Assembly (NCBI GenBank): GCA_963802225.1
Contig: CAWDHZ010000014.1
Location: forward strand, 71,022-135,021
DNA from: an uncultured delta proteobacterium
GTDB taxonomy: Bacteria; Desulfobacterota; Syntrophia; Syntrophales; UBA2192
DNA length: 64,000 bases
Direction of reading: 5' to 3'
In this document: one piece after another, positions 50,235-60,506 of the stretch
Position numbering within the stretch: the stretch's first letter is position 1
Layout of the letters: each line of letters starts with the position of its first letter
Made by a program: the position numbers and the translations under genes
The notes under the pieces: model-generated
What the model was told of the DNA's origin: nothing
Seen by the model: the letters and a program-made list of their open reading frames with translations, nothing else
The model's database searches: none

Positions 50235-50270
50235 ACGGGCGGCGCCGCCTCGAGGCGCTGCCCGTTTTTT
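50235..50270 (+). terminator. Rho-independent terminator
   Basis: acgggcggcgcc-gcctcga-ggcgctgcccgt followed by a T run. Confidence 0.75.
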
Positions 50271-50386
50271 ACTGACGCGCAGCGGCGCAGGGCGAGAACG
50301 AATATTGCAGGAATAGTGCGTTTGAAGACGGGGGCACCCTCCGGGGCAAACCCGAATCATACCGGCCCCGAGAATATCTGGAGATC

Positions 50387-50704
50387 ATGAAAACGACAAT
50401 GAAAGAATCTTCCTCGACAGCCCTGCTCGTGCTCTCGGCCCTGTTTCTCGCGCCGGGCTTGCTTATCCTCTCACCCGACGGGAGGCTCTTCTGCCTCTTG
50501 CTTGCGGGGCTCGTCTCGGTGATCGTCCTCATCGCCGGCCCGTCCCGGAAGAAAAGAATCGCCGCGTGCATCGGTCTTCTCCTTGCCGTTACCCTTGCGA
50601 TCCCGACCTGGTCGGAGTATCGGGCGCACTCCGATACCTGGAAAAAGCACGTCTTGCGGCCGCAGGAGCAGAATAGCAAACAGGGATTGCCTGCTGCCCG
50701 CTAA
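50387..50704 (+). CDS. Small membrane protein (about 3 TM)
   Basis: GGAG RBS, hydrophobic helices. Confidence 0.6.
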   Translation: MKTTMKESSSTALLVLSALFLAPGLLILSPDGRLFCLLLAGLVSVIVLIAGPSRKKRIAACIGLLLAVTLAIPTWSEYRAHSDTWKKHVLRPQEQNSKQGLPAAR

Positions 50705-50849
50705 AGTTAGGGCCGATAAACACGATATATAGCCTGAGCGGCCCTGAGCGGGACACCGGGACCGACTCAGCCATCAGGGGGTCATTCAAGACGGGGCCAA
50801 GAAGAGCGAGAAGAAAGAGTCAGAATAAGCGGAACAACCCGGTAAGATG

Positions 50850-50887
50850 AAAACGGCAGGGCCACGATGAGCCCTGCCGTTTTTTTG
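50850..50887. terminator. Terminator between convergent genes
   Basis: aaaacggcagggc-cacgatga-gccctgccgttttttt. Confidence 0.75.
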
Positions 50888-50922
50888 CGCAACCCCCCGC
50901 ACTCTTTCGCGGGGGGACACGA

Positions 50923-51892
50923 TCAGGCGATGCGGTAGAGGACAAGCCCGCCCCGCTCATCCGTCCTCACATGACCCTTGTCCATCAGTTCCACGATATG
51001 GACGTAGGTCTCGTTGAGGGCGAGGAACTGGTCGAACTCGGGAAGCTCCGTCCCGAAGATGACGCCGGAGACCTCGAAGGCCGTCTTCTCTTTTCCCTGG
51101 AGCGCCTCGACGATCAACTGCGTCCTCTCTGCATGATGCTCCCGGATCTCGTCGACGCGCTTCGGCAAATCGGGGAAAGGCTCCCCGTGAGCGGGGTAGA
51201 CCATCCGGACGGGCAGGTCGCGGATGGCGCCCAGGGATTCGAGAAAGCTCTTGAGCGGCCGGTACTCGAGCCGGAAGATGTCGGGGCTGAGATTGGGCGT
51301 GATGTCGGGCAGGATGTGATCTCCGGCAAGAAGAATGCCCTCGTCGGGAAAATAGAAGCACATCTGGCCTGCCGTGTGGCCCGGCGCGGGGATGACCTCG
51401 AAGGTCCTGTCGCCCAGGGTGATCTTTTCGCGGGGCTCCAGGTGGCTGCCCACCCGGAAGGGAATCGTGGCTTTCCGGAAGACGGCCATCAGCTTGACCA
51501 GCGTGTCCATGGCCTTTTGCGGGAGGCCCTGCGGGAGGAAGAAGTTCCGTGCCCGCTCGACGAGTTCCTCGTGCCTGTTGTTGTACTGCAGGCGCATCTC
51601 GTCGGCAGCCGAGAGGCGGACCGCGGCGCCGGAGAGCTTCTGGATCCTGCCGGCGATCCCGCAGTGATCGGCGTGGAAGTGCGTGAGGAAGATGTGGTCG
51701 ATGTCTTTTGTCGTCTTCCCCAGGGTCGCCAGCGCCTCGTCGAGCACCTTGTACGTCTCGGGGATGTTCATGCCCGTGTCGAAGAGGGCCACCCTTGCCT
51801 TCGTGCAGCAGGGCATAAACGTGGACGTGACGAAGGCGGAAAGGCATGGGCAGGGTGATCCGGTAGAGGTCGGGCAGGATTCGGTCGATCAA
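50923..51892 (-). CDS. MBL-fold metallo-hydrolase (frameshift near 51810)
   Basis: LPMPFRL.HV, DTG, THFHADHCG, PGHT.G, GDHIL..ITPN, PAHG. Confidence 0.88.
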
Positions 51893-51917
51893 TTCAATGG
51901 CTCCCGGCTGAGACGTT

Positions 51918-52518
51918 TTAACGCGCCAGTTCGTACCCCAGTTTTCGCGCCTTGTCCAGGATCGCCTGCGGCAGATCCTGCTTTTCGTGCAGGGCGGCCT
52001 TCCCGATGAAAAGCGTGCCCGCCGGTTTTGCGCCCAGGGTCTGCGCGGCGCGCTTCAGGCCGCCCAGCGAGCGGGTGAAAATCCGCCCGAGGGCGGCGGG
52101 CATGGCGCTCGAGGTGACGAGCACGGCCTTGATGCCCCGGTCTTTCACCCTTGTGACGGGCCCCGGTTTCCCCCAGGGCCAGAAGGCGTAGCACACGAGC
52201 CGTTCCATGAAGCGCTGCGTCACCGCCGTGACGCCGAAGAAATTTACAGGCGATGCCAGGACGAGGCCGTCGGCCGCCTCGATCTTCTTCAATATCTCTT
52301 CCATGTCGTCCGGGTTGGACGCAAGTCCCCCTCTGCGGACCTTCCTGCTGCGTGCATTTGCGGCAGTTCCGGCAGAACTCAATGCGGGATTCGATGAGAC
52401 GGATCCTCTCCGTCTCGGCCCCCTTCTCGGCCGCTGCCTGCAGAATCGCATCGACGGCGCGTTCGATGGTGCCGTCCCTGCGATAGCTTCCGATGATTGC
52501 GACGATCTTCTTGGCCAT
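51918..52518 (-). CDS. Flavodoxin / NADPH-dependent FMN reductase family with Fe-S Cys (frameshift near 52320)
   Basis: GS.R..G, C..C..C....C, DDM, ADG.VLASPV.F, FMER. Confidence 0.85.
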
Positions 52519-52575
52519 GACGTCACGCGTCGACGCGTTCCCCTGCGCACGAGAAACAGTTGAATCGTTTCTGTA

Positions 52576-52654
52576 AAATCCCCCTCATCCCCCTTTTACA
52601 AAGGGGGAAGATTTAGACCCCCTCCTTTGGAAAAGGAGGGCTGGGGAGGATTTT
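52576..52654. repeat. Double copy of the GC palindromic repeat
   Basis: aaaatccccctcatccccctttttacaaagggggaag ... ccctcctttggaaaaggagggctggggaggatttt. Confidence 0.85.
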
Positions 52655-52782
52655 AAAGCGCTGTTTCTTCCATGAATAACCCCGGACAAAGTCGGGGTCC
52701 GTGGCCCGAGATGGACTGCGTGACGCAGGTGTAGCATAACAGGGCCGTTAAATAAACCGTCATATGCGGCGGCCGTCGCACC

Positions 52783-53860
52783 TCAAGGCTGATACTCCCG
52801 CGGCGTTTCCTCGCCGCGCAGGATACGCAGCGCCCCTGCGGCCATGGCCTCCATCTCGTCCTCGCCCGGGAAGATAAAGACGGGCGCGATGAACCTCGTC
52901 CGCTGCCGGACCCACCCGGTCAGCATCTCCGAATGGGCAAGCCCGCCCGTCAGGACAACGCCGTCGACCTTGCCCGCCAGGACGGTCGCCATGGCGCCGA
53001 TGTCCTTGGCGATCTGGTAGGCCATTGCCTGAAAGATCAGCTCCGCTTTTGCGTCGCCCTTCCTGATGGCCTCCTCGACCTCGACGGCGTTCGTCGTCCC
53101 GAGGTAGGCCGCAAGGCCCCCCTGGCCGACGAGCTTTCTCGCAAGATCCTTCGGGCTCAGGACGGCCCGATTGGGCAAGCTCGAGAAGGTCCTGCGTCGG
53201 CAGGGCCCCCGCCCGCTCCGGCGTGAAGGGGCCTTCGCTCAACCCGTGCGTGCAGTCGATCACGAGCCCCCTGCAGTGGGCGCCGATCGTGATGCCGCCG
53301 CCGAGGTGGGCGACGACGAGGTTGACGTCCTCGTAGCGCTTCTTCATCTGCCGTGCCGCCTTGCGCGCGGCGGCCTTCTGGTTGAGGGCGTGAAAGGCGC
53401 TTTTCCGTTCGATCTCGGGCAGCCCCGACACACGGGCCAGGGGTTGGAACTCGTCGGTGCTCGGCGGGTCGATCACGACGGCGGGCATGCGATGCTTCCG
53501 CGCCAGGCCCAGGGCCATCGAAGGCCCCAGGGCCGAGGGGTGCTTGCCGTATCGGCCCTCCATGAGATCGTCGCACATCGCCTCATCGATGGTGTAGGCG
53601 CCGGCCGGCCCCGGACGGCCCAGGCCCCCGCGGCTGATGACGAGATCGACCTGGCTCATGTCGATTGCGTTTTTCTCGATGAATTTCCGGAGGCCCTCCT
53701 CGCGAAGGGGCAGTTGCTCCCCGAGGCCCTCGTACCGGGAAAGGTCGGCGGCGCTATACGTAATCGATTCCTGTACGAGCCGCTCCGAGTCCCGGTAGAA
53801 GGCGACCTTGGTGGACGTGGAGCCGACGTTGATGGCCAGGATGTGGCGTGTCTTTTCCAT
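52783..53860 (-). CDS. buk: Butyrate kinase (frameshift near 53165)
   Basis: IN.GSTSTK, SRGG, HALNQKA.AR, AHLGGGIT.GAH, GPFTPERAG, YQIAK.IG, LTGGLA, PGEDEM. Confidence 0.93.
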
Positions 53861-53863
53861 GAT

Positions 53864-54769
53864 CTAGAACCTCCCGCAGAGAAGGACGGCAAGCTCGATT
53901 TCCGTCAGCCGGTTCTCCGCCGGAACGAAGGGGAGATTCAGCACGACGGGGTGGCTCACCCCCATGAGGGCGCAGGCCATGGGGGTCTTGCCGATGAAGA
54001 CCGAGAGTTCGGCCATGAGGAGTCCCGCCTCGACATTGGGCACGAGGTAGATGTCGCCCTGCCCCGTGACGGAGCTGTGGACGCCCTTGCGGGTGGCGGC
54101 CCTGCGGCTCACGGCGCAGTCGATGTCGAGGGGCCCCTCGAGGGTGACGTCGCCGAACTGCCCCCTTTCGGCCATCTTCGAGAGGATCGCCGCATCCAGT
54201 GTGGAGGGGATGGCGGGGTTGACCTGCTCGATGGCCGACAGCGCCGCGATCTTCGGGGAGTCAAATCCCAGCACGCGGGCCAGGCGGATGACATTTTCCG
54301 TGATGGTGACCTTTTCGACAATCGAGGGGAAGCTGTTGATGTAGGTGTCCGTCGCCATGGTCACGCGCTCGACACCGGGCGGGTCGAAGACGGAGACGAG
54401 GCTTGCGACCCTTTCTTTCAGCAGGCCCTTCTCCTTGTCCAGGACCGCCTGGAGGAATCGATTCGGGTCCAGGGACCCCCGCATCAGGATGTCCGCCTCG
54501 CCCTTTTTCAGCATGTCGATCGCAAGGGCGAGGGCCCGCATGGCGTCGGGCTCTTCGATGATTTCGATTTCGGAGGCCTTCTTTCCAAGCCCTTTCACCC
54601 AGGACGACAAGGCGTCGCTCGAGCCGATGACGATGGGGGAGACCAGGCCTTCCGCCAGGGCGGCGGACAGGGCGCCGAAATCCATCGCGGCCGGGACGGG
54701 CGCAACGACGACCCTCTTTTTGCCTTTTGCCTTTGCCTCTTTACGGATCTGATCGAAGCTCGTCATCAT
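53864..54769 (-). CDS. ptb: Phosphate butyryltransferase
   Basis: ADILMRG, KIAALSA.EQVNP.IPST.DAA.LSKM..RGQ, EGPL..D.A, VPNVEAG. Confidence 0.85.
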   Translation of the reverse strand: MMTSFDQIRKEAKAKGKKRVVVAPVPAAMDFGALSAALAEGLVSPIVIGSSDALSSWVKGLGKKASEIEIIEEPDAMRALALAIDMLKKGEADILMRGSLDPNRFLQAVLDKEKGLLKERVASLVSVFDPPGVERVTMATDTYINSFPSIVEKVTITENVIRLARVLGFDSPKIAALSAIEQVNPAIPSTLDAAILSKMAERGQFGDVTLEGPLDIDCAVSRRAATRKGVHSSVTGQGDIYLVPNVEAGLLMAELSVFIGKTPMACALMGVSHPVVLNLPFVPAENRLTEIELAVLLCGRF

Positions 54770-55695
54770 GATGCCGTCCCTCCCTTGATCTGCTCGGCCA
54801 CGGTGACCCCCGCGGCGATCTCGCCGAGGATGGAGTCCTGGAAATCCGATCGCGAGGGGATGATGACGGGCCCCCGGGAGCTCATGACCAGGGAACGTCG
54901 CCGGACGTTTTTGAGGGCAAAGTCGAGCTTGACGAGGATGTTGCCCGTCGCGAGGTTGGGGACGAGCATGATGTGGGGGAAGTCCGCCTTGCCGATGTCG
55001 ATGCCGTCCAGGCGAAAGACCTTTCCCCCCGGGCAGAAGATGTCCAGAAACGAGGTGGCCTCCATCACCTCGCAGGAATCGAGATCGCCCGCAGCGGCCG
55101 CTTTTTTCAGCTCGAGGTAGTCCTGGTAGGAAGGGATGTCGCCGTTGATCTCCCTCTTGCCCGAGAGGACGCAGATCTTCGGCCGCGGGTAGCCCAGCAG
55201 GTGAAAGAGAAAGACGGCATTGCGCAGGATCTCGGCCTTGGCGCGGTAATCGGGCGTGATGTTGACGCCCGTGTCGGTGAAGCAGGTCAGGTGGTCGAGG
55301 CCTTCGATGTCCCACATGGATATGACGCTGACGACCTTCCCCTTGCCGACCTTCGATTCCTCGCGGATGATGGCCCGGTAGATGTAGGCCGTCGGGATCT
55401 GCCCCTTGCCGGCGATGTCGACCTCGCCGGAGAAGAGCATGGAGATGCCGAGATCGGCGATGGCCTGGCGGCTCTTCTCGTAGATCTTCTCCGTCCCGCT
55501 GATGTCGTAGTGCACCTGGTCGGCCAGCCGCTCCATCTTCTCCCGATCGCCGATGAGAATGGGCTGGGTGTAGCCCTCCTCGGCGCTCTTTTTGACGGCC
55601 ATCATGAACTCCTCGTCCTCGGGAGCCAGCACCACGAGCCTCTTCGGCCCTTTTTCGGAGGCCAGCCTGTCCATGTCTCGGAATGAGCGGATCAT
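54766..55695 (-). CDS. Phosphate acyltransferase (PTB/PTA family), divergent paralog
   Basis: KGQI.T, TDTG.NI.P, K..I..NA, LVPNL.TGNILVK, P.I.PSRSD. Confidence 0.8.
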   Translation of the reverse strand: MIRSFRDMDRLASEKGPKRLVVLAPEDEEFMMAVKKSAEEGYTQPILIGDREKMERLADQVHYDISGTEKIYEKSRQAIADLGISMLFSGEVDIAGKGQIPTAYIYRAIIREESKVGKGKVVSVISMWDIEGLDHLTCFTDTGVNITPDYRAKAEILRNAVFLFHLLGYPRPKICVLSGKREINGDIPSYQDYLELKKAAAAGDLDSCEVMEATSFLDIFCPGGKVFRLDGIDIGKADFPHIMLVPNLATGNILVKLDFALKNVRRRSLVMSSRGPVIIPSRSDFQDSILGEIAAGVTVAEQIKGGTAS

Positions 55696-55763
55696 CTCTC
55701 CCCCTCCCTGTCTTTCATCCAGGCTCCTTTCGCTCTCAACCCATTCCCGGTTTGCCGCCAAAT

Positions 55764-55798
55764 AAAAAACCCCGCCTCTTTCCGGGAAGCGGGGTTTT
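55764..55798 (-). terminator. Terminator downstream of bfr
   Basis: aaaaaaccccgc-ctctttccgggaa-gcggggtttt. Confidence 0.7.
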
Positions 55799-55826
55799 GA
55801 ATGTCGTCACTCCAAGGGTGCCCGGA

Positions 55827-56294
55827 TCATCCCACCTGGATGGAGAGGAAGATCTGCAGCGTCATCTGCTGGATCTGATCCTGCAGCTCCTCGATCTGGT
55901 CGATGTGCCGGTCTTCGTCCTTGAGGATCTTCTCGAGGATTTCGCGGGTGGCGTAATCCTTCACCTCCCCGGCGAGGATGATGGCTTCGTTGTAGGACTT
56001 GATGGCGCCCATCTCGAGGCCGCGGTCGCCGGCCAGCTGCTTGGGCACATCGGCGCCGATCGACATCTTGTTGTACTTGCTCACGGTGGGGCTCCCCTCG
56101 AGGAAGAGGATCCGCCCGATGAGCTGCTCTGCGTGCTTCATCTCGTCGATGGCGCGTTTCTCAAAGGCCTCATGCAGCTTCTTGTAGCCCCAGTTATTGG
56201 CCATCTCGGAGTGGACCATGTACTGATTGATGGCGGTCAGCTCGTCGGCGAGAAGGTCATTCAGTGTCGCGATCAGCTTGGGATTTCCTTTCAT
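55827..56294 (-). CDS. bfr: Bacterioferritin
   Basis: MKG...I..LN.LL..ELTAINQY..H, DEMKHA..LI.RILFLEG, IL.DE..HID. Confidence 0.96.
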   Translation of the reverse strand: MKGNPKLIATLNDLLADELTAINQYMVHSEMANNWGYKKLHEAFEKRAIDEMKHAEQLIGRILFLEGSPTVSKYNKMSIGADVPKQLAGDRGLEMGAIKSYNEAIILAGEVKDYATREILEKILKDEDRHIDQIEELQDQIQQMTLQIFLSIQVG

Positions 56295-56410
56295 ATTTCT
56301 CCTCCTTCATGAAGATAGTCTTAAGATTTTCTCATGGATTATAGACGAAAAAACGAAATCTGTTGGGAAATTATTGATGGACCTTTTTGCCCTCCCTTCA
56401 TGCGTCCATA

Positions 56411-56426
56411 TGGCATGATGTTTGCT
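56411..56426 (+). promoter_or_regulatory. sigma54 -24/-12 promoter
   Basis: TGGCAT-GATGT-TTGCT about 43 nt upstream of the ATG at 56469. Confidence 0.7.
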
Positions 56427-56468
56427 CAACCACAACCTGATTACTGCCCAAAAGCACGGGCGACTGCC

Positions 56469-56888
56469 ATGGACAATCTGAAAATCCTGATCGCGGAAGA
56501 CAACAGTTTCAGCCGGAAATTCTACGACAATTACATTTCGGGCAAAGTCTTCGACAAGCGGTTTGCCGAAAACGGCAGAGAAGCACTGGAAATCTATACG
56601 GAGTGGCGTCCCGATATCATCCTGCTCGATCTCATGATGCCCGTCATGAGCGGCCAGGAAGTCCTGCAGGAGATCCGCGAGACCCGGAAAGATCTTGCGA
56701 CCACCGTCATCATCTCGTCTTTGTCCTCCCACAAAGATGACGTCTCGGTCTGTGCCCACTACGGGGTGCAGGGATACCTGGTGAAGCCGCTCAACCCCAA
56801 AGAGATCAGCAAGATTCTCCTTCAGCTCTACAAGAAGGCAAATCCCAGGAAGGCCGCCGACATCGTGGCCCTCATGCAGTACCTGTAA
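56469..56888 (+). CDS. Single-domain response regulator (CheY-like)
   Basis: KILIAED, A.NG.EAL, DIILLDLMMP.MSG, GYLVKP. Confidence 0.9.
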   Translation: MDNLKILIAEDNSFSRKFYDNYISGKVFDKRFAENGREALEIYTEWRPDIILLDLMMPVMSGQEVLQEIRETRKDLATTVIISSLSSHKDDVSVCAHYGVQGYLVKPLNPKEISKILLQLYKKANPRKAADIVALMQYL

Positions 56889-56893
56889 CCCCC

Positions 56894-58012
56894 CTACACG
56901 TTGCCCAGGGTCGCCTCGATCTCTCCCCGCACAGCCCCGTCACTGCCCGCAAAAAAGCGCTCGAGAGCATCCTTTGCCTGCCTGCCCCCGATGCGGCCCA
57001 GCGCCCAGGCGAGCATTCCCCTGACCCGCGCGTCGTCGTTCTCGTCGTATGCACGGATGAGATCGGGCACATAGGATTCGTCGCGGCTGTTCCCCATGGC
57101 ACGGGCAACGTTCATCTTCCATTTCCAGAGGTTGTTCGGCGACATGTAGAACATGTGCGGCCAGACCCGGCTTTGGAACCGGGCGGCATCCATCTGCAGC
57201 AGGGCCCTGAGATCGAAGTCCTTCGCCTTCGCCTCCACGCGGGGATTCACCGGCCGTGCCCGGGAAAGCCAGGGAAGGTTGCGCGGGCAGACGTTCTGAC
57301 AGCGGTCGCAGCCATAGACATACAGGCCCATGGGCTCGCGCAGCTCCCTCGGCGTGATCTCCTTACCGAAATACGTCATGAATGAGATGCACTTGCGCGG
57401 ATCGATTTCCCCGTTTCCCTTGATCGCCCGCGTGGGGCAGGCGGCAACGCACACGTTTCTGCACCAGTCGGGGCAGCCCAGGCCACCGGCTGGAGAATCG
57501 GGGGCAAATTCACGGTCCACCACCACGGTGAGGGGAACCACCCAGGAGCTCTGGAGCACAGCCCGGCTAGAATAGAGCAGGGCGTTCTTGCCGAGGGTCC
57601 CCATGCCCGCCCGCATCGCAGCCGCCCGGTGAGGAAGATTGAAGGGCACCTTGGAGTCGATCCCGTTCTCGCGAAGGAAGCTGCGAAACGCCTTGATGCG
57701 AAGCGCCAGGCCGTCCTTCGTCACGCGGTCATCGTCGAGGTAACAGCGGCCGAAATGGCCCTCGAGCGCCGGCGGGAAGGCCTCCCGGAAATAGCTCTCC
57801 ATGAGAACGATGATGGACTTCGCCGAGGGCATGACGGCCTTCGGGTCCGTGCCGGTCATCAGGCCGAGCCCCACCTTCTCCGTCCAGCCATATTCCTCCT
57901 GGTGATTCCGAAGGTACTCGAGCTGGGCACCGAAGGGCTCCGCCGTCGTAAACCCCACGTCCTCGAAGCCGAGCTCCAAGGCTTTTTCGACGAGGTCGTT
58001 TCGGGTCAGCAT
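56894..58012 (-). CDS. Epoxyqueuosine reductase (QueG)-like Fe-S/cobalamin protein with C-terminal HEAT repeat
   Basis: A.RAG.G.LGKN, C..C..C..ACPT.A, D.RKCISF.T, YGCDRCQ.VCPRN, N.A.AMGN, WALGRIG. Confidence 0.85.
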   Translation of the reverse strand: MLTRNDLVEKALELGFEDVGFTTAEPFGAQLEYLRNHQEEYGWTEKVGLGLMTGTDPKAVMPSAKSIIVLMESYFREAFPPALEGHFGRCYLDDDRVTKDGLALRIKAFRSFLRENGIDSKVPFNLPHRAAAMRAGMGTLGKNALLYSSRAVLQSSWVVPLTVVVDREFAPDSPAGGLGCPDWCRNVCVAACPTRAIKGNGEIDPRKCISFMTYFGKEITPRELREPMGLYVYGCDRCQNVCPRNLPWLSRARPVNPRVEAKAKDFDLRALLQMDAARFQSRVWPHMFYMSPNNLWKWKMNVARAMGNSRDESYVPDLIRAYDENDDARVRGMLAWALGRIGGRQAKDALERFFAGSDGAVRGEIEATLGNV

Positions 58013-58078
58013 CGACAATGTCCTTCCATTCGAACATTGATGGTTGCTCCGGACCGGAAGTGAAGACGACCCGGTCAC

Positions 58079-58516
58079 TCATCGCACCAGCGCCATCATC
58101 GTCGTCTGCATGACGGCAACGAGCGTCTTCTCCCCGTTGTTGTATGCCCAGACATCCCCCGAGCAGACCGCGAGTGTCCGCCCCGCCTTGATCACCTTCC
58201 CGATCGCAACAAACCGCTCCCCCTTGGCCGGTGCCAGGAAATTGATCTTGTTTTCCACCCCGAGCACCTCGGAGCCCGCCGGCATGAGGGTGTAGGCGGC
58301 ATACCCGCAGGCGTTGTCGGCAATCGTGCTCAGGATCCCCGCGTGGACGAACCCGTGCTGCTGGGTGACGGCCTTGCTGTAGGGAAGCTCGATCCGGACC
58401 TCCCCGGGGTCGACCTTCAGCAGGCGCGCGCCGATGGTCTTCATGAGCCCCTGCTGAGCGAAACTGGAGCGGATGCGGGATTCAAATTCGGGATCGGGCG
58501 GGCTCGCTTTCTTCAT
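58079..58516 (-). CDS. PaaI-family hotdog thioesterase
   Basis: SF.QQG.M.T.GA, QQHGFVHAG, D.ACGYAA, E.K.NFLAPA.G. Confidence 0.92.
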   Translation of the reverse strand: MKKASPPDPEFESRIRSSFAQQGLMKTIGARLLKVDPGEVRIELPYSKAVTQQHGFVHAGILSTIADNACGYAAYTLMPAGSEVLGVENKINFLAPAKGERFVAIGKVIKAGRTLAVCSGDVWAYNNGEKTLVAVMQTTMMALVR

Positions 58517-58549
58517 GCATGCATCTCCCTGCGCCATGGGGTGTCCTGC

Positions 58550-59169
58550 CTATCGGTTGAGCGACTTCATGTCGGGTTTCGGCAGGTGCCCCCCGGAGGT
58601 GTGCGATGTCAATTCTGCAATCTGCGGGTTGGTCAGGGTGCATCCCGGGCATTCATAACTTGCCGCTTTCACGATGCCGAAGCCGGGCTTGACCCAGGTG
58701 CGCGTGTAGAGCTTCTGCTGCGGCCTGACCTGCTCCTCCCGGAACTTCAGGCAGCCGGTGTACTTCCCGGCAGGGACCGTCACCGTCTCGATTGCCTCGA
58801 TCGTCGTGCGGACGGTCCGACCGTCGCGCCTCTTCTGGTCCCAGGAAATTCCTGCGGGCCCTTCCATGAACATCCGGGTCTCCACCCCGTCGCCATCGTA
58901 CCGAAAGACCTCGTTGCCGACGGATCGGAGGAGGCTGATCTCTTCGTGAGGTCCCGAGGGATTGAAGAGCACGAGGACATCGTAGCTCTTGCCGTTTGCA
59001 ATCGAGCGCACGGGGCTGTTGACCGTGAATTGTCCCTTCGCGGCGTGATTGCTCACCGAGAAGGTGTAGACATCGCCAGGGTTCATGGGAAAGAAGGTGT
59101 CCGCGGCGGCAGGCGCGGACAGGACGGTCCATGCGAGATGATGATGCATGCGGCCACGAGCTTCTTCAT
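58550..59169 (-). CDS. Exported hypothetical protein (frameshift near 59137 in the signal peptide)
   Basis: AGGAGG RBS + MKKLVAACIII; FFP..PG..Y, E.VTVPAG.Y..C, W...G.G.VK. Confidence 0.75.
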
Positions 59170-59218
59170 AGGTCCCTCCTGTGCAATCACACGGCTCTCG
59201 TCAAGCTGTTGAATTCCA

Positions 59219-60474
59219 TCACTGACCCCATCGGATGCTGTCGAACATCTTGTCCGTGCGGAGCTTCTGGCTCCTCAGCAGCTCCTTCCAGCGCAGATCG
59301 ATGATGGCCCGGAAGGGCGATGATTCATGAAAGTTCGCCCCGGCAAGATTGGCGCCCCTGAAGTTGGTGCCCCGGATTTCCGACTCCGTGAGATTCGCAC
59401 CCTCGAGATTGGCTTCCACCAGGATGGCGTTGTGGACCTCCGCCCGGGTGAGATTGGCGGCTCGCAGATCCGCCCTGCCGAGCTGCGCATTCTGCAGATG
59501 CGCCGCTGTGAGGTCGGCGCCCCGGAACTGCCCATCGCTGAAATCGGCTTCCTGGCAGTATGCCTTGGCAAGCTTCGCCTGGTTGAATACGGCCCGGGGG
59601 CCTTTTGCCTTTTTCATGTCCGCGCCCTCCAGCCTCGCGCCGGTGAAATCCGCCCGGGTCATGTCCGCACCCTCCAGGTTTGCATAGGCGAGCTGCGCCT
59701 GCCTGAGCGTTGCCTCGCTGAGGTTGGCCCCGGCGAAGTTCGCCCGACGGAGCCTGTTTCGCCTTTGAAGTTCGCGGAATCGAGCTTGGCGTAACGCAGG
59801 TTCGCCGAGGTGAAGGTCACCGACAGGGCCTCGACATTCCTGAGGATGGCCCGTTCCAGGTTGGCGCCGGTCAGGTTCGACTCGTTGAGGTACGCCCCCT
59901 CGAGATCGGCCCTCGAGAGATCCGCGCCCTTGAGATTTGCGCTTGACACGCGGGCATCGCGGAGATTGGCCCCGTCGAGCCTGGCGCCCTCGAGATTGGA
60001 ACTGGACAGGGATGCGCCGGCCAGGTTCGCCCGCGAGAGTGTCGCGCCCTGCAGATTTGCACCGTCAAACCTCGCACCGCCGAGATCTGCGCCGGAGAGG
60101 TTCGCCCCTTTCAGATCGGCCCCGGCCAGGAAGACCTTCTTCAGGTCGGCCCCGCAGAGCCGGGCCCCGGCCAGATTCTTGTCCTGCTTTTTCGCGCGCC
60201 CGTAGGCCGCCTCGTCGAAGCAGTCGACTTTGCGGACTCCCTGCCCGGGAGCCGCCGGCCTGACCTGAGAATCCTGACCGGTCTTCGCCTTGGGGACAGC
60301 GACCGTCGAGGCCGGCTTGTCGATTTTAGGGCCGAGGGGCTGAGTGCCTTGAGCCGCCGACAACCCCGAACCCGCGAAGAAGGAAACCACAAGAACCGCG
60401 ACAAAGACGTGGAAGTGATTCACCCTGAGATACCTCCTTGAGAATGGTTGTTCCTTTATAGCACTTTGCTTCAA
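59219..60474 (-). CDS. Exported pentapeptide-repeat protein (frameshift near 59745)
   Basis: Long A(D/N)LxG runs in ORFs 59659..60474 and 59219..59662; N-terminal hydrophobic segment; start uncertain. Confidence 0.88.
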
Positions 60475-60506
60475 AATGAGAAATCCTCTTTCAGCCCCGA
60501 CGTGCC

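Noticed and set aside
50198-50270. c-di-GMP-I riboswitch (GGCAAA..GCGA.. before a terminator)
   Set aside because: Second stem with GCAAAG is missing; explained as a plain terminator after the upstream operon
56894-58012. Reductive dehalogenase
   Set aside because: No Tat signal or RdhB anchor; motifs and HEAT tail fit the QueG-like family
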